A stretch of 64,000 nucleotides of DNA from Leucoraja erinacea (Eukaryota): NCBI RefSeq assembly GCF_028641065.1, contig NW_026576105.1:1-64000 (forward strand), given 5' to 3'. Positions 39,071-50,774 of the stretch are shown here, one piece after another. Both the position numbers and the translations under genes were made by a program. The notes beneath the pieces are model-generated. The model had not been told where the DNA came from. It did no database searches and saw only the letters and a program-made list of their open reading frames with translations. Numbering within the stretch: the stretch's first letter is position 1; the number at the start of each line of letters is the position of its first letter.

Positions 39071-39383
39071 CTGTGCCTGACCTAATTGCACAGAAGAACA
39101 CAGCAGCGTCGCCAAGCTGCAAATTGGAGATTGTTAACCGGCTGATTTTCTGTCCACGATCAAGAGAAGCGAATATTTTTTTTTCCAGCAGAATGTTTCT
39201 CATCCTGCTCTCCTGAACTGTGTCCCAGGAGCAGAAATTGTGGAGCATTTCCTGGGAACTGCCGGTACCAATGTATTGTGAATGGACAGAACCCAAAACA
39301 TACGCATTCTAGAGTAACGTTGCTGCCAGCAGGAAAAGACTGTAGCGGCGGACTCGTGGCCAACTGGGAAATATAAGCTGTAG
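39071..39383 (-). CDS. NAR-TCR supporting Vdelta (leaderless, CDR1 Cys); +1 frameshift in an A9 run as assembled
   Basis: Acceptor GACAG|; YISQ...VTLECVCFGFCPFTIHWYRQFPG...[frameshift at 39176-39184]...IFASLDRGQKISRLTISNLQLGDAAVFFCAIRSG. No convincing leader. Lies downstream of the NAR-type J on the same strand. Confidence 0.82.
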
Positions 39384-39936
39384 CTGTCGGAGAGAAATTC
39401 ATTATTCCGTTACTATACATTGCCGGAGAGACGTGTGCACTGGATTTCAAAATATCCTTGGTAATTATTCAAACCATGAGCAGCGAAGGGACGTCACTGA
39501 CCATGAAATGATCTTCATGGATTATCATGGCTAAGTGTACGAAAATGAACCGGGAGCAGGAAGAATGACTGTGGGGCACATTCAGAGAGCCTGCATCCAG
39601 ATCATGGGTCAGATTAACAATAAATGAAAATTCTATCGTTTATTGTCACGTTTCCCGAAGAACATATCGTGTAAAAAATTGATATATTTTGCTCGCGTGT
39701 AAAGATTTACCACGTCTCGGTTATAAGCCAGTGCATTGGAATACACACGAGAGTGAAATTAGAGTATTCAACGCAGAATTAGCCAAGCCGACACTGAATA
39801 TTTCTGGGGAAAGTGCTATTCTTTAACAGCATTTACCACACCCGGATAAAACCTCTCCCAGCTTATTACCAACGTTTCTATCTTCAGTGGGGCACATCTT
39901 CCTCTGTTTCACTTTCATTTCAACGTTACAGCACAT

Positions 39937-40230
39937 TTCAGATTCAGATTCAGATTCAATTTAATTGTCATTGTCAGTGTACAGTACAGAGACAACGAAA
40001 TGCATTTAGCATCTCCCTTGAAGAGCGACATAGCAAACGATTTGAATTTAAAAAAATAATAAGTGTTGGGGGGGGGGGGTGGTGATTGGCAGTCACCGAG
40101 GTACGTTGTTGAGTAGAGTGACAGCCGCCGGAAAGAAGCTGTTCCTCGACCTGCTGGTTCGGCAACGGAGAGACCTGTAGCGCCTCCCGGATGGTAGGAG
40201 GGTAAACAGTCCATGGTTGGGGTGAGAGCA
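39937..40230 (-). mobile_element. Rex1/Babar-like LINE 3' fragment
   Basis: Reverse complement of 59825-60115, including the (GAATCT)n tail. Confidence 0.85.
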
Positions 40231-40519
40231 GAATTTTTGTCAGATCTGGATGTCTCGATGTTATTACTTGCGGTTTATGATCAACATCGTGTGATATTTT
40301 CCCATAATCTGCATGTTGTCGGTTTGATTCAGTCTGTGCAGTTTTCGCACGGGGTTTTAGACGTACTGTTCAACATTCTTCCAGTCAAGCGCCTTCTGGC
40401 AGTTCGGAATTATAAAGATGATTACTTCACCGTCCCCAACCCAGAACGTCCTCCAACTAAACGAGAGTTAGTCCGAGGTCATCCTTCTCGGCCCCTCGGA
40501 CTCAATCAAAACGATAGCA

Positions 40520-41330
40520 GGCAGCCTTGGAAGCCTTACCCCATTACTCAAACCTCACGTCAAAAACCTTGGCGTGATCTTTGACTCACCGTTCAAATTT
40601 GACAAACAAGTCAATGCCGTGGGAAAAGCTAGCTTCTTCCAGCTTCGGCCGATAGCTAAAATAAAACAATTCCTCCAGTTTGACGACCTCGAAAAGATCA
40701 TCCACACATTCATCTCCTCCAGCCTCGATTACTGCAACTCCCTTTACACTGGCATCAGCCAATCTTCCCAGTCCCGCCTGCAACTGGTCCAATACGCCGC
40801 AGCGAGACTCCTGACGAGCAGCCGAAAAAGGGACCAGATCACCCCGATTCTGGCCTCTCTGCACTGGCTCTCTGTGCGGTTCCGAATAAATTTCAAGTTC
40901 ATTCTTTATGACTTTGTCCCCACCTCCATCAAAAGTCCGCTTACTAAAGTCACACCATCTTCAGGTCCCACTGATCGGCCGACTTGGGGTTACTGAACAT
41001 CCCGCGGTCCAGGCATAAGCTCAGGGGCGACCACGCCTTTGAGATTTCAGCTCCTAGACTGTGGAACAGCATCCCTCTTCCCATCGGAACTGCTCCCCCC
41101 CCCCCCCCCCATCGACTCTTTTAAGTCGAGACATAAACCTCATCTTTACTCTCAAGCCTTTCTTGACGTCCTCTGAGTCCGCTATGTGTATATATTTATG
41201 GATGTACTTAATCTACGAGCCGCTGTTGTATAACGTTAGTACCTCCAGCAATATAAAGCACTTTGGTCAACGGGAGATGTTTTTTAAATGTGCTATGGAA
41301 AGAACAGTGACTAGACTTGACTTGACTTGA
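40520..41330 (+). mobile_element. L2-clade LINE 3' fragment
   Basis: LDYCNSL...QLVQYAAARLLT...ITPILASLHWL; (GACTT)n tail. Confidence 0.75.
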
Positions 41331-41784
41331 TTAAAGCCATCCTACGCGTCATACCCTAATGGGAAAGCTCTTACAAAAGCAATGTAATTGCGTTGTGAAC
41401 AGGTTCAACAGCGGTTTTGTTCTATTTTGCCTCTTCCTTGACCGCTTAGAAACTCCCCCCCTCCCCCCTTCTGTTAATAAATCATTGCTACTCTTCTTAG
41501 TCTTTATAAAATCGCTGTTGTAATCATATTCCTTTTGGGGATTTTTTTGTGCATTGATCGTTCTCTGTCATCGTTTATATCATTTATGTCATAGTTTATA
41601 TCATACCTGCTGCCGGAGTGCTCGCCTCAATCCTTTCTCCAACATAACCAGATGTGTTTTTATTGCAAACCCCTATAGAAAACCGTCCTGTTGAAAATTG
41701 ATTAAATTACTGTCGCCTTGTAACATGTTCCAGCACATTCCCAGGTACAGCCAGAGGTGGGACCCGAAGTTTTCGAATGCTTAC

Positions 41785-41850
41785 CGATTGTGACAGTCAC
41801 TGCGGACCCTGTACCATCCTTATAGTAAGTTCCCCACGGAAGTATGGACC
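41785..41850 (-). CDS. NAR-TCR-type J segment (- cassette)
   Basis: SILPWGTYYKDGTGSAVTVTI+G|GTAAG; NAR-type DGxG motif in place of FGxG/WGxG. Confidence 0.9.
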
Positions 41851-41889
41851 CACAGTGACCTGACGCTGGGGATCGTCAGTACAAAAAAC
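41851..41889 (-). promoter_or_regulatory. 23-RSS of - J
   Basis: Reads CACAGTG + 23 nt + ACAAAAAAC on the + strand, facing the J coding end. Confidence 0.92.
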
Positions 41890-42202
41890 TCCCTCGTCTA
41901 TATCTGCCCGACAGTCATGACCAGAGGCTGCGAAATCACCTCCAGTGGTTTCGGAACGAAAACCAAATGTTACAAGTTCCAACGTCGCAGTATGATCAAT
42001 CTGTTCAATTTAAGAGACGAACCAAATAGAAATGCAACCTCTGTACCTGGATCGGTGGTCGTTTCGGAAATCGATGGAGAAAATGGCAAGTAAAAATAGC
42101 AATAACTTCCCGATTGCAATGGAGTTCAGGTTGACTCCAGCGTCACGAAGAATTGTAACATTGTGTTGCCGCTTCCCGTGAATCGATGTGTTAATTGCCC
42201 GA

Positions 42203-42230
42203 AGATTATGTGCTGCTCTCTAATATTGTG
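42203..42230 (-). promoter_or_regulatory. 12-RSS directly after the - NAR V(D)
   Basis: CACAATA + 12 nt (TTAGAGAGCAGC) + ACATAATCT on the - strand. Confidence 0.75.
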
Positions 42231-42712
42231 ATCCCCATAACCCTTTGTCGACGCCATCTGTACTCAGCTTGACAGTAATAGGTGGCGTTGTCCCCAGCTG
42301 CCAGTTCTCGAATTTCCAGCGTGAAAGTCATTTCTGCTACATTAACCGACGTACGGAATCGGGGCCCGTTGGTGATCCGTTCCCGCCCAGGTTCGGACTG
42401 GGTTTGTTTGAAGAAACGTCCAGTTTGAAATGCATATTCACCCCTTGAACCAGGTTGGAAACGGCATTTGATGGCGAGAGACTGGCACTCCTCCCTCGTC
42501 GCCGCTGAGGGGCTCTGCGTCAGCGTCTGACTAAAGGAGACTGCAGGTGAAGCACAGGGAGAGGTATACGTGCATCAAAAACGAACCACGTGTCGAGGAT
42601 TAAACAAACTGTTTTGAAAATCGGGACGGATGCGATTATTTTTATATTAAAACTGCAAACTGTACTCACGATGTAAGCAGAGCCACAGGATAAACACCGG
42701 TGGGATTCGCAT
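42231..42712 (-). CDS. NAR-TCR V gene with D-like extension (apparent V-D fusion): leader 42670-42712, V(D) exon 42231-42540
   Basis: Leader MRIPPVFILWLCLH+C|GTGAGT; acceptor TGCAG|; QTLTQSPSAATREECQSLAIKCRFQ...GRFFKQ...FTLEIRELAAGDNATYYCQAEYRWRRQRVMG. Extra FR1 Cys, no FR2 Trp, short FR2/CDR2 region, open frame. Not in the supplied ORF track; translated by hand. Confidence 0.88.
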
Positions 42713-42984
42713 CGCTCTGTTTCCCGGGGAGCTCACTTGGGTGACGGGAATTTGCGGCTGGCAGCCGTGAAAAGCTCCGCTGACCTGCGATAACGTTGGC
42801 TTGCAAAACTTTAGTGGGTCGGGTTGGTTTCCATTGGCCTATGCTCCGTAAATTACTGAAGTGACGCAGTTTCCGGTCCCTGCTTTGTATGGTGTAAGCA
42901 AACAATAGGTATAAACTGGGGTGGCTGATTTTTCTGAATTTGCTTCAGGTCTATAGGCCCCACATACATGCTTAACCAACATTC

Positions 42985-44964
42985 CTCTGGGGGATCTTAT
43001 ATAAACATATACAATTATAGAAGGACTGGACAAGCTATATGCAGGAAAAAAGTTCCCAATGTTGAGCGAGTCCAGAACCAGGGGCCACAGTCTTAGAATA
43101 AATTTGGAGGTTATTTAAGACTGAGGTGAGAAAAAACGTTTTCACCCAAGAGTTGTGAATTTATGAATTCCCTGCCACAGAGGGCAGTGAAGAACAAGTT
43201 ACTGGATGGATTTAAGTGTGAGTTAGATAGAGTTCTAGGGGCTAGTGGAGTCAAGGGATATGGGGAGAAGGCAGGCACGGGTTGATAGGGGACGATCAGC
43301 CATGATCACAATGAATGGCGGTGCTGGCTCGAAGAGCCGAATGGCCGCCCCCAGCACCTATTTTCTATGTTTCTATGTTTCTATGATGTCCGGTGAGTAG
43401 GGAAGATGTTCTGGTAGGAGGCGCCTCTGATATCATTGGCTTCTCATTAACCACCCACTCAAAGGAACTCGAGCTCCACATGTTTGCTTTCTCTCTTAAA
43501 GTGTATTTCTTTACCCACAAATCAGACAGCTTCATAAACAGGGCGTCACCAAAGGTCAGCTTTGGACACTTCAGTTGGCGATATTCCCTCTGTCGTCCCC
43601 TCTCTTAAGGTATACTTCTCTGCGAAAATTAAATCGTAGTTTTTAAAACAAACTTTTTCTGTTCTGATCGAGAATCATGGTCATTAAATTTAAACTATTT
43701 TTGTTTCCACCGCATGCGACGGAAATCTATGCGTTTTATGGGGATTTTACAACTTCTGCTTTTACTTCCAGCGTATAATTGAGGCTATATTTTTATATTT
43801 CTATTGTTCTATATTTCACAGGAAATGTGTGCTGCGTCTACATATATCCGAGCGATTCTCCCTTAAAAATGCAGTCTTGAAGGCCAGCATTCAGACACTG
43901 ATGGATACTTAAAAAAACTTAATCTCTTTCATTCCATCCCTTTCCTTTTCGGGCCGGCGTTTTTTAAAATTCGTTTTGGCACGCATTACGTTACAAAAAA
44001 GGCAAATGTAGTTGGGTGCAAATGGGATTCGGATGTTTAGATACTACGGAAATGTGGAGAGTCGTCGTAGATAGCGAATCGCTTTATTAGCCTTTAAGAA
44101 ATCAGCTTGAATTTGGAGACGAGCGGTGACAAGTGAAAGCAAATGGAGTGAAATGTGATGTAATGTACTTTCGAAGGTCAGAGTCCCGGGTGTTGGAAGG
44201 AGATACATTCAGACACGAAACGTCCAATGTGAAAAGTTGAGCAATATAAACAAAATGAAACGTCCCCATTCACAAAAACACAGAAATAGCGGAAGAGTAT
44301 CGCAAATATGCCAACTGTTACGACGATAACGTGTCATTTCCAAACCTGTGTCAGTCCAGGAGAATATATTACGGAAGATATCCAGGTGCGGAGTGAAGTA
44401 AGGAGACATAAGATTGTTAAGGGCTTGGATTGAAACATATAAGATTGTTAAGGGTTTGGACACACTAGAGGCAGGAAACATGTTCCCGATGTTGGGGGAG
44501 TCCAGAACCAGGGGCCACAGTTTAAGAATAACGAGTAAGCCATTTAGAACGGAGACGAGGAAACACTTTTTCTCACAGAGAGTGGTGAGTCTGTGGGATT
44601 ATCTGCCTCAGAGGGCGGTGGAGGCAGGTTCTCTGGATACTTTCAAGAGAGAGCTAGATAAGGCTCTTAAAGATAGCGGAGTCAGGGGATATGGGGAGAA
44701 GGTAGGAACGGGGTACTGATTGGGGATGACCAGCCACGATCACATTGAATGGCGATGCTGGCACGATGGGCCAAATGGCCCAGTCCTGCACCTATTGTCG
44801 ATTGAGATACCTTCGTTAATCAGCCTGGACCTATCGGAATGTTTTACTTGGACATTAAATGACGATCAACAGGTCATTGGCCCGTTTTTTTTTAAATTCG
44901 CATTGTTATTGGGCTCTGTTCCCGTTATTAGGCTATATATATATATATATATTATATATATATA

Positions 44965-45000
<36 letters not shown>

Positions 45001-47270
45001 GGGGAGATAGAGAGAGNNNNNNNNNNNNNNNNNNNNNNNNNNNNNNNNNNNNNNNNNNNNNNNNNNNNNNNNNNNNNNNNNNNNNNNNNNNNNNNNNNNN
45101 NNNNNNNNNNNNNNNNNNNNNNNNNNNNNNNNNNNNNNNNNNNNNNNNNNNNNNNNNNNNNNNNNNNNNNNNNNNNNNNNNNNNNNNNNNNNNNNNNNCG
45201 AGGGTTGTGTTCGCACGAGATACAATACAATAGAAATCGATGCTCCTTTGTTGTAAAAAATTACGATACCAATCTTGTGACTTCATTGCACTCTTCACCC
45301 TTGGTATATGTGGACCATGCACCCTCCTGTACCCCAGCGATTTAGTTGAATACGAGCAGTAGGACCCTGCGTACTCCTTACATCTCGTGCGACAGAGGCG
45401 TTTCCATTCATTGTCGCCCAGAAGGAGTCTGTATCTGCTGCCATCTCGTGGTGTATCTTTTCATTGCAGGTTTTGGGATTTTAGATTGAATTTCGAATAT
45501 TACCTGCGACCAATGGATGCTGCTATGAGCTTTCGGTTGCCACTGATACATATATTTTATCGTTGGCATGGTTTAATTTCCTTTATTTGATAGGGACCCA
45601 TAGGAGGTTAGAGGGCAAAATTAGGGCATGGTATTGGGGATGGGGTGCTGATATGGCTATAAAATTGATTGGCAGACAGGAAACAAAGAGTAGGGATTAA
45701 TGGATCCCTTTCAGAATGTCAGGCAGTGACTAGTGGGGTACCGCAAGGCTCGGTGTTGTGGACCGCAGCTAATTACAATATACATCAATCATTCAACGTA
45801 ACAGCAAATATGCAGATGCCACAACGCTGGGTGGCAGTGTGAACTATGAGGAGGATGCTAATATCATGCAGTGTGAGGTGGACAGGTTGGCTGAGTGGGA
45901 AAATTCTTGGCAGATGCAGTTTAATGTGGATTGATGTGAGGTTATCCACTTTGGTAGCAAAAACATGAAGGCAGATTAGTCTAAATGGTGTCAAGTTGGA
46001 AAAAGGGGAAGTATAATGGGATCTGGGGGTTCTTGTTTATCAGGCGATGAATGTAAGCATGCAGGTTCAGCAGGCAGTGAAGACAGCGAATGGCATGTTG
46101 GCTTTCTTAACAAGAGGAGTTGAGTATAGGAGCAAAGAGGTCCTTCTGCAGTTGTATAGGGCCCCAGTGGGACCACACCTGGACTATTGCGTCATTCTTG
46201 GTCTCCAAATTTGAGGAAGGACATTCTTGCTATTGAGGGAGTACAGCGTAGGTTTACAATGTTAATACGCGGGATGGCGGGACTGCCATATGCTGATAGA
46301 ATGGAGCGGTTGGTCTTGTATACTCTGGAATTATGAAAGATGAGAGGGGATCATATTGAAGCATATAAGATTATTAAGGGTTTGGACACGCTAGAGGCAG
46401 GAAACATGTTCCCGATGTTGCGAAACCAGGGGCCACACAGTTTAAGAATAAGGAGTAAGCTATTTATAACGGAGATGTGGAAACACTTTTTCACTCAGGA
46501 GGTTGTGAGCCTGTGGAATTCTCCGCGTCAGAGGGCGGTGGAGTCCGGTTCTCTGAATACTTTCAAGAGATAGCGAAATAGGACTCTTAAAGGTAATTAG
46601 AGCATTGAGTATAGAAGCTGGGATGTAATGTTAAAATTGTACAAGGCATTGGTGAGACCAAATCTGGAGTATGGTGTACAATTTTGGTCGCCCAATTATA
46701 GGAAGGATGTCAACAAAATAGAGCGAGTACAGAGGAGATTTACTAGAATGTTGCCTGGGTTTCAACAACTAAGTTACAGAGATAGGTTGAATAAGTTAGG
46801 TCTTTATTCTCTGGAGCGCAGAAGGTTACGGGGGAACTTGATAGAGGTCTTTAAAATGATGAGAGGGATAGACAGAGTTGATGTGGACAAGCTTTTCCCT
46901 TTGAGAATAGGGAAGATTCAAACAAGAGGACATGACTTCAGAATTAAGGGACAGACGTTTAGGGGTAATATGAGGGGGAACTTCTTTACTCAGAGAGTGG
47001 TAGCGGTGTGGAATGAGCTTCCAGTGGAAGTGGTGGAGGCAGGTTCATTGGTATAATTTAAAAATAAATTGGATAGGCATATGGATGAGAAGGGAATGGA
47101 GGGTTATGGTATGAGTGCAGGTATATGGGACTAGGGGAGATGGCCTGTTTCCGTGCTGTAATTGTTATATGGTTATATGGTTAATGGAGTCAGGGGATAT
47201 GGGGAGAAGGCAGGAACGGGGTCCGAATGCCCTACTCCTGCGCATATTGTCTCTTGTTTATTGTAACGTT
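42985..47270 (+). mobile_element. Cluster of CR1 fragments between the two NAR-TCR promoters (42985-43385; 44430-44800; 45605-47270, nested)
   Basis: Repeated CR1 ORF2 C-terminal peptides (LYKALVRPNLEY, RRLRG) and 3' UTRs. Confidence 0.8.
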
Positions 47271-48869
47271 TTCAGAGGAATAATATAAAGCTCTTGTTGC
47301 GTGCTAACTCTTCAGCAGAAAGGCAACACACAATTACCATCTAGCCATCCACAGTGTACGAATACATGATAAAGAGAATAACGTTCGCTCCAAGATATAG
47401 CCTAGTAAACTCCGAATCAATAGAGTCCGATGGTCCCCAATAAGGGCGAGAGTATCTTAGGAGCGCTGACAGAATCATTCAGTTCCCTGCCGATAGCCGA
47501 AAATAATTTGTTCCTGAACCTGGAGTCTTAAGTTTACACACATTATACATGATTTGTGTAAAATTGTTTTAAATTGCCCATCAGCCGCTTCGCCACTCTA
47601 GTTCCGCAGCGCTTTCAGAGTTCCATTCTTCAGTTCATGCTCACTGATGCGGGCTAAAGTTCCTGAAACCTTACCCAAGCCTTCTCTCCTGCCGCTAATT
47701 AAATGGCCACGAATGCAAACATCAACAGACAATAAAGTATATGCTAGCAGATGCAAACAGTTTGGACACACAACACGTTGAGGGGCAATATCGCCTCATC
47801 GCTTTCTCGGCAAAATAGCACATGTCGTTCAACATGTTAGAACAATTGACAGAAAGAAGACTTCCGCCAACACTGCCCACTGCGAAAATTAGAAGAAATT
47901 AATTAAACTTGCAGATGATTATGTTCGTTTTTGTCCGGTTTATTATTGTCACGTGTGCCGACGTGCACAGTATCCAACCAGCGGGAAAAAAAACATACAT
48001 TATTGTAATCAATCCGTCCACAGTCTGTAAACACAGGCTAATGGGTAAAACGTTTGGTGCAACGTAAGTTTCAGTAACGTCAGATTAAAGATAGTTCGAA
48101 GGTCTCTGAGGGGATAGATGGGAGGTCAGGACTGCTGTGGAGTTGGTGCAATCGTGGCACAGTTGCCTGATAACAGGTGGGGAGAAACTGTCCTTGAATC
48201 TGGAGGTATGCGTTTACAAACGTACGCTATTCGTCTATTCCCCCAAACCACTCCCACCCCCCGACTTGCGTTTCTCTCCCTCAGAGGTGTTCTTACCTAT
48301 CGCTTCAACGCAGAGACGTGCTCACTGCTGGCGCCTGGCGCCCACTGCAACATCGATCTTCCCATTCCAGCTCTCCAGGATATTAAATCTGCTGGAGTTC
48401 TTCAGCGCAGCCCCAGCTCTCGGGTCGCATTGAGGCCTCACGCGGTTGATCCATAGATGACAGTGAACCAACCTGGTCCGCGTCCTCAGCTCTCAACTGA
48501 CGCCCCACCGCAACGCTCAAATAACCCTCGGCAGTCCTCTGCTGGACCACTGCTGAGGAGCAAACTGGAGCGGCATTCTTCACCATCAGAACACCACGTC
48601 CGCTTTACTCGACAGGAATGTGGGTGGCGCGATGCTCAGATGCACAAAGCAGAGGCAGCACATTGAAGGCTCTCATTTTAAACCTCTCCATTTTTACACA
48701 GCACATTCCGACTGATCGGGTCCTTTTCATAATGTTCAGCACAATTGCCAGAGTGAATCCACAGCGAATGTTTGCCGTGTTCCGGTCAATTTCTGTTTTG
48801 CAGCCCGTTCGACCAATCCACGGCCTCGTTCTCCAACTCCCCTTCACACATGCCACCAGAAACAAGGCT

Positions 48870-49616
48870 ATGGGGATGATATTACTTTTTACTCTTTGTC
48901 TCTGCATATGCCGTGAGTATCCTTCACAAACTCTCTAACTACCTCAATGTCCGAACGCATTTCGAATTTGGAATACTTCCCTTAGAATAAAGGGGAGGTC
49001 ATTTAACACTGAGGTGAGAAAAAAACGTTTTCACCCAGAGAGTTGCGAATTTATGGAATTCCCTGCCACAGAGGGCAGTGGAGGCCAAGGGACTGGATAG
49101 ATTTAACAGAGAGTGAGATAGAGCTCTAGGGGCTAGTAGAATCAAGGGCTATGGGGATAAGGCAGGCACGGTTTATTGATAGGGGACGATCATTCATGAT
49201 CACAATGGGCCGAATGGCCTCATCATGAACATATTTTCTATGTTACTATGTTTCTATGTTACTGTTCTGTCCAGAAATCGTCTACTGATGCCCATTCCCA
49301 CCTAACTGTGTTTCGTTTCCAGCTTCCTCCAGTCAATCGGTGATACAGAGCCCGACGGAGGTAACCGTGAAGGAGTGTCAGTCTCTCACAATCTCCTGCC
49401 GTTTCCAACATGGTTCATCTGGAACTTACCGTTTTCAGGGTGGAAATTTTTTCAAGAAGACCAAGTCCGGCGCAGATCGTCAGCTGATCACCAGAGGGGG
49501 GCGATTTGTTGCATGGACCGACAAAGCAGAAATGACATTTACGTTGAAAATTCGGGATCTGAGAATTGAAGACAGCGCCACCTATTACTGCCAAGCTGAG
49601 TACAGGTGGCAAAGCA
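48870..49616 (+). CDS. NAR-TCR V gene (+ cassette): leader 48870-48912, V exon 49323-~49616
   Basis: Leader MGMILLFTLCLCIC+C|GTGAGT; acceptor TCCAG|; QSVIQSPTEVTVKECQSLTISC...GGNFFKK...EDSATYYCQAEYRWQS. Extra FR1 Cys, no Trp, intact. Confidence 0.9.
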
Positions 49617-49654
49617 CACGTTGAAGGCTCTGGGCCTCGTGTTATACAAAAATC
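49615..49654 (+). promoter_or_regulatory. Atypical 23-type RSS of + NAR V
   Basis: Nonamer ACAAAAATC at 49646-49654; heptamer is either CACGTTG (22 spacer) or CACACGT (24 spacer). Confidence 0.7.
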
Positions 49655-49969
49655 CTCATTGCAGATTGTCCCGACATGAGATGTAGAAGGGAAAATAGAT
49701 CTATCGTAAAACCCCACGGTCCCGCCACCCTGGATCTGGGTTAAAACGGAATTTGGATTGCTGCTATCCACACACTCGATTTTCTCAGTAGTCATCGTGC
49801 CCGGATGGGGCCGCCTATCCCGAGATTGTTGTCCATGGGTTGAGACTGGGATGACTGATGCTTCTTTCCAATCCACAATTCAAGATGGGGTCCTCCTCAA
49901 GCAGGTGAGACTTGGAATGGCATTCGCTCAGCGGTTAATTTCTGCCCACCTGCCTTATTTAGTCCACTT

Positions 49970-50040
49970 GGATATAAAACTGACGCGAAACACTGTGCGA
50001 TGCTTGGAGCATCACAGTGGAATAGAGCCGAGCAAAAATC
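49970..50040 (+). other. NAR-TCR D segment (coding 49998-50012) flanked by 12/12 RSS
   Basis: CACTGTG-CGATGCTTGGAGCAT-CACAGTG + 12 nt + GCAAAAATC; the 5' nonamer at 12 spacing is degenerate (GGATATAAA). Confidence 0.85.
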
Positions 50041-50369
50041 TCGGGACAGTGAATATATGCGTTCCCGGTGTTCAGAGACGGTTTGGAGTTCATGTTTGGC
50101 ACGACACGTTTTCGCTTATACCTTTTCTGTGGGAATTCATTGTAACTTCTCTCTTTCGGTAGCGTTGTCCCTTGTTTGTGTATCGACTAGCGGCTCATGT
50201 CCCAAGGCCATTTGATGGAAAAGTAAATTTCTCCCAGTCAACAGGCCACAACAGTCGAGGACCAGAGGACCTGAGAATAGCGGACCAGCGATATCCACAG
50301 TTGTTAAAGGTGGTGAATAATCCGGGAACATTGGATAGCATCTCGCTATACCCACTTTGAAATTGCGGT

Positions 50370-50467
50370 GGTTCTTGATCTGGATTGAATAAGAGCCGGG
50401 TCACTGTGGTATTCTGAAAGCACATACTACGAAGATGGAGCGGGTACAACGGTGACTGTCACGGCTG
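50370..50467 (+). CDS. NAR-TCR J segment (coding 50409-50467) with 23-RSS (50370-50408)
   Basis: GGTTCTTGA + 23 nt + CACTGTG; YSESTYYEDGAGTTVTVTA+G|GTAAG. Confidence 0.92.
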
Positions 50468-50774
50468 GTAAGTGTGTCCACATCTCACCGTACATACCTT
50501 TGTACCCAGCAATATTTAACATATAACATATTGCAAATGAAAAAAACAATACCTGTAATGATACAAATGGTAAGAAACGCTAATGGTGATTCGAGGACGA
50601 TGTGGAAACGGGAGCAGTTAATGTTACACGCAGAACGGCCTTCGTCGGTGCATTATGTTCATATATTTATATTCGCTACTTTGACCGGTTTTACGCTAGT
50701 CTTCTTCGAAATAAAGCTAATCCATTTTAGCAACGTGCTCATGCAGAGTCATCCAGGCGTGAATGAGGAGAAAT

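Noticed and set aside
39470-39530. Leader exon for the supporting Vdelta
   Set aside because: Nearby ATGs give non-hydrophobic peptides or stops, with no phase-1 GT donor.
41858-41880. Hairpin CTGACG...CGTCAG in the J RSS spacer
   Set aside because: Six-bp stem that is not shared by the paralogous J spacer; likely chance.
50296-50323. Second D segment in the + cassette (CACAGTT-12-GAATAATCC)
   Set aside because: Poor nonamer and no 5' heptamer/RSS.
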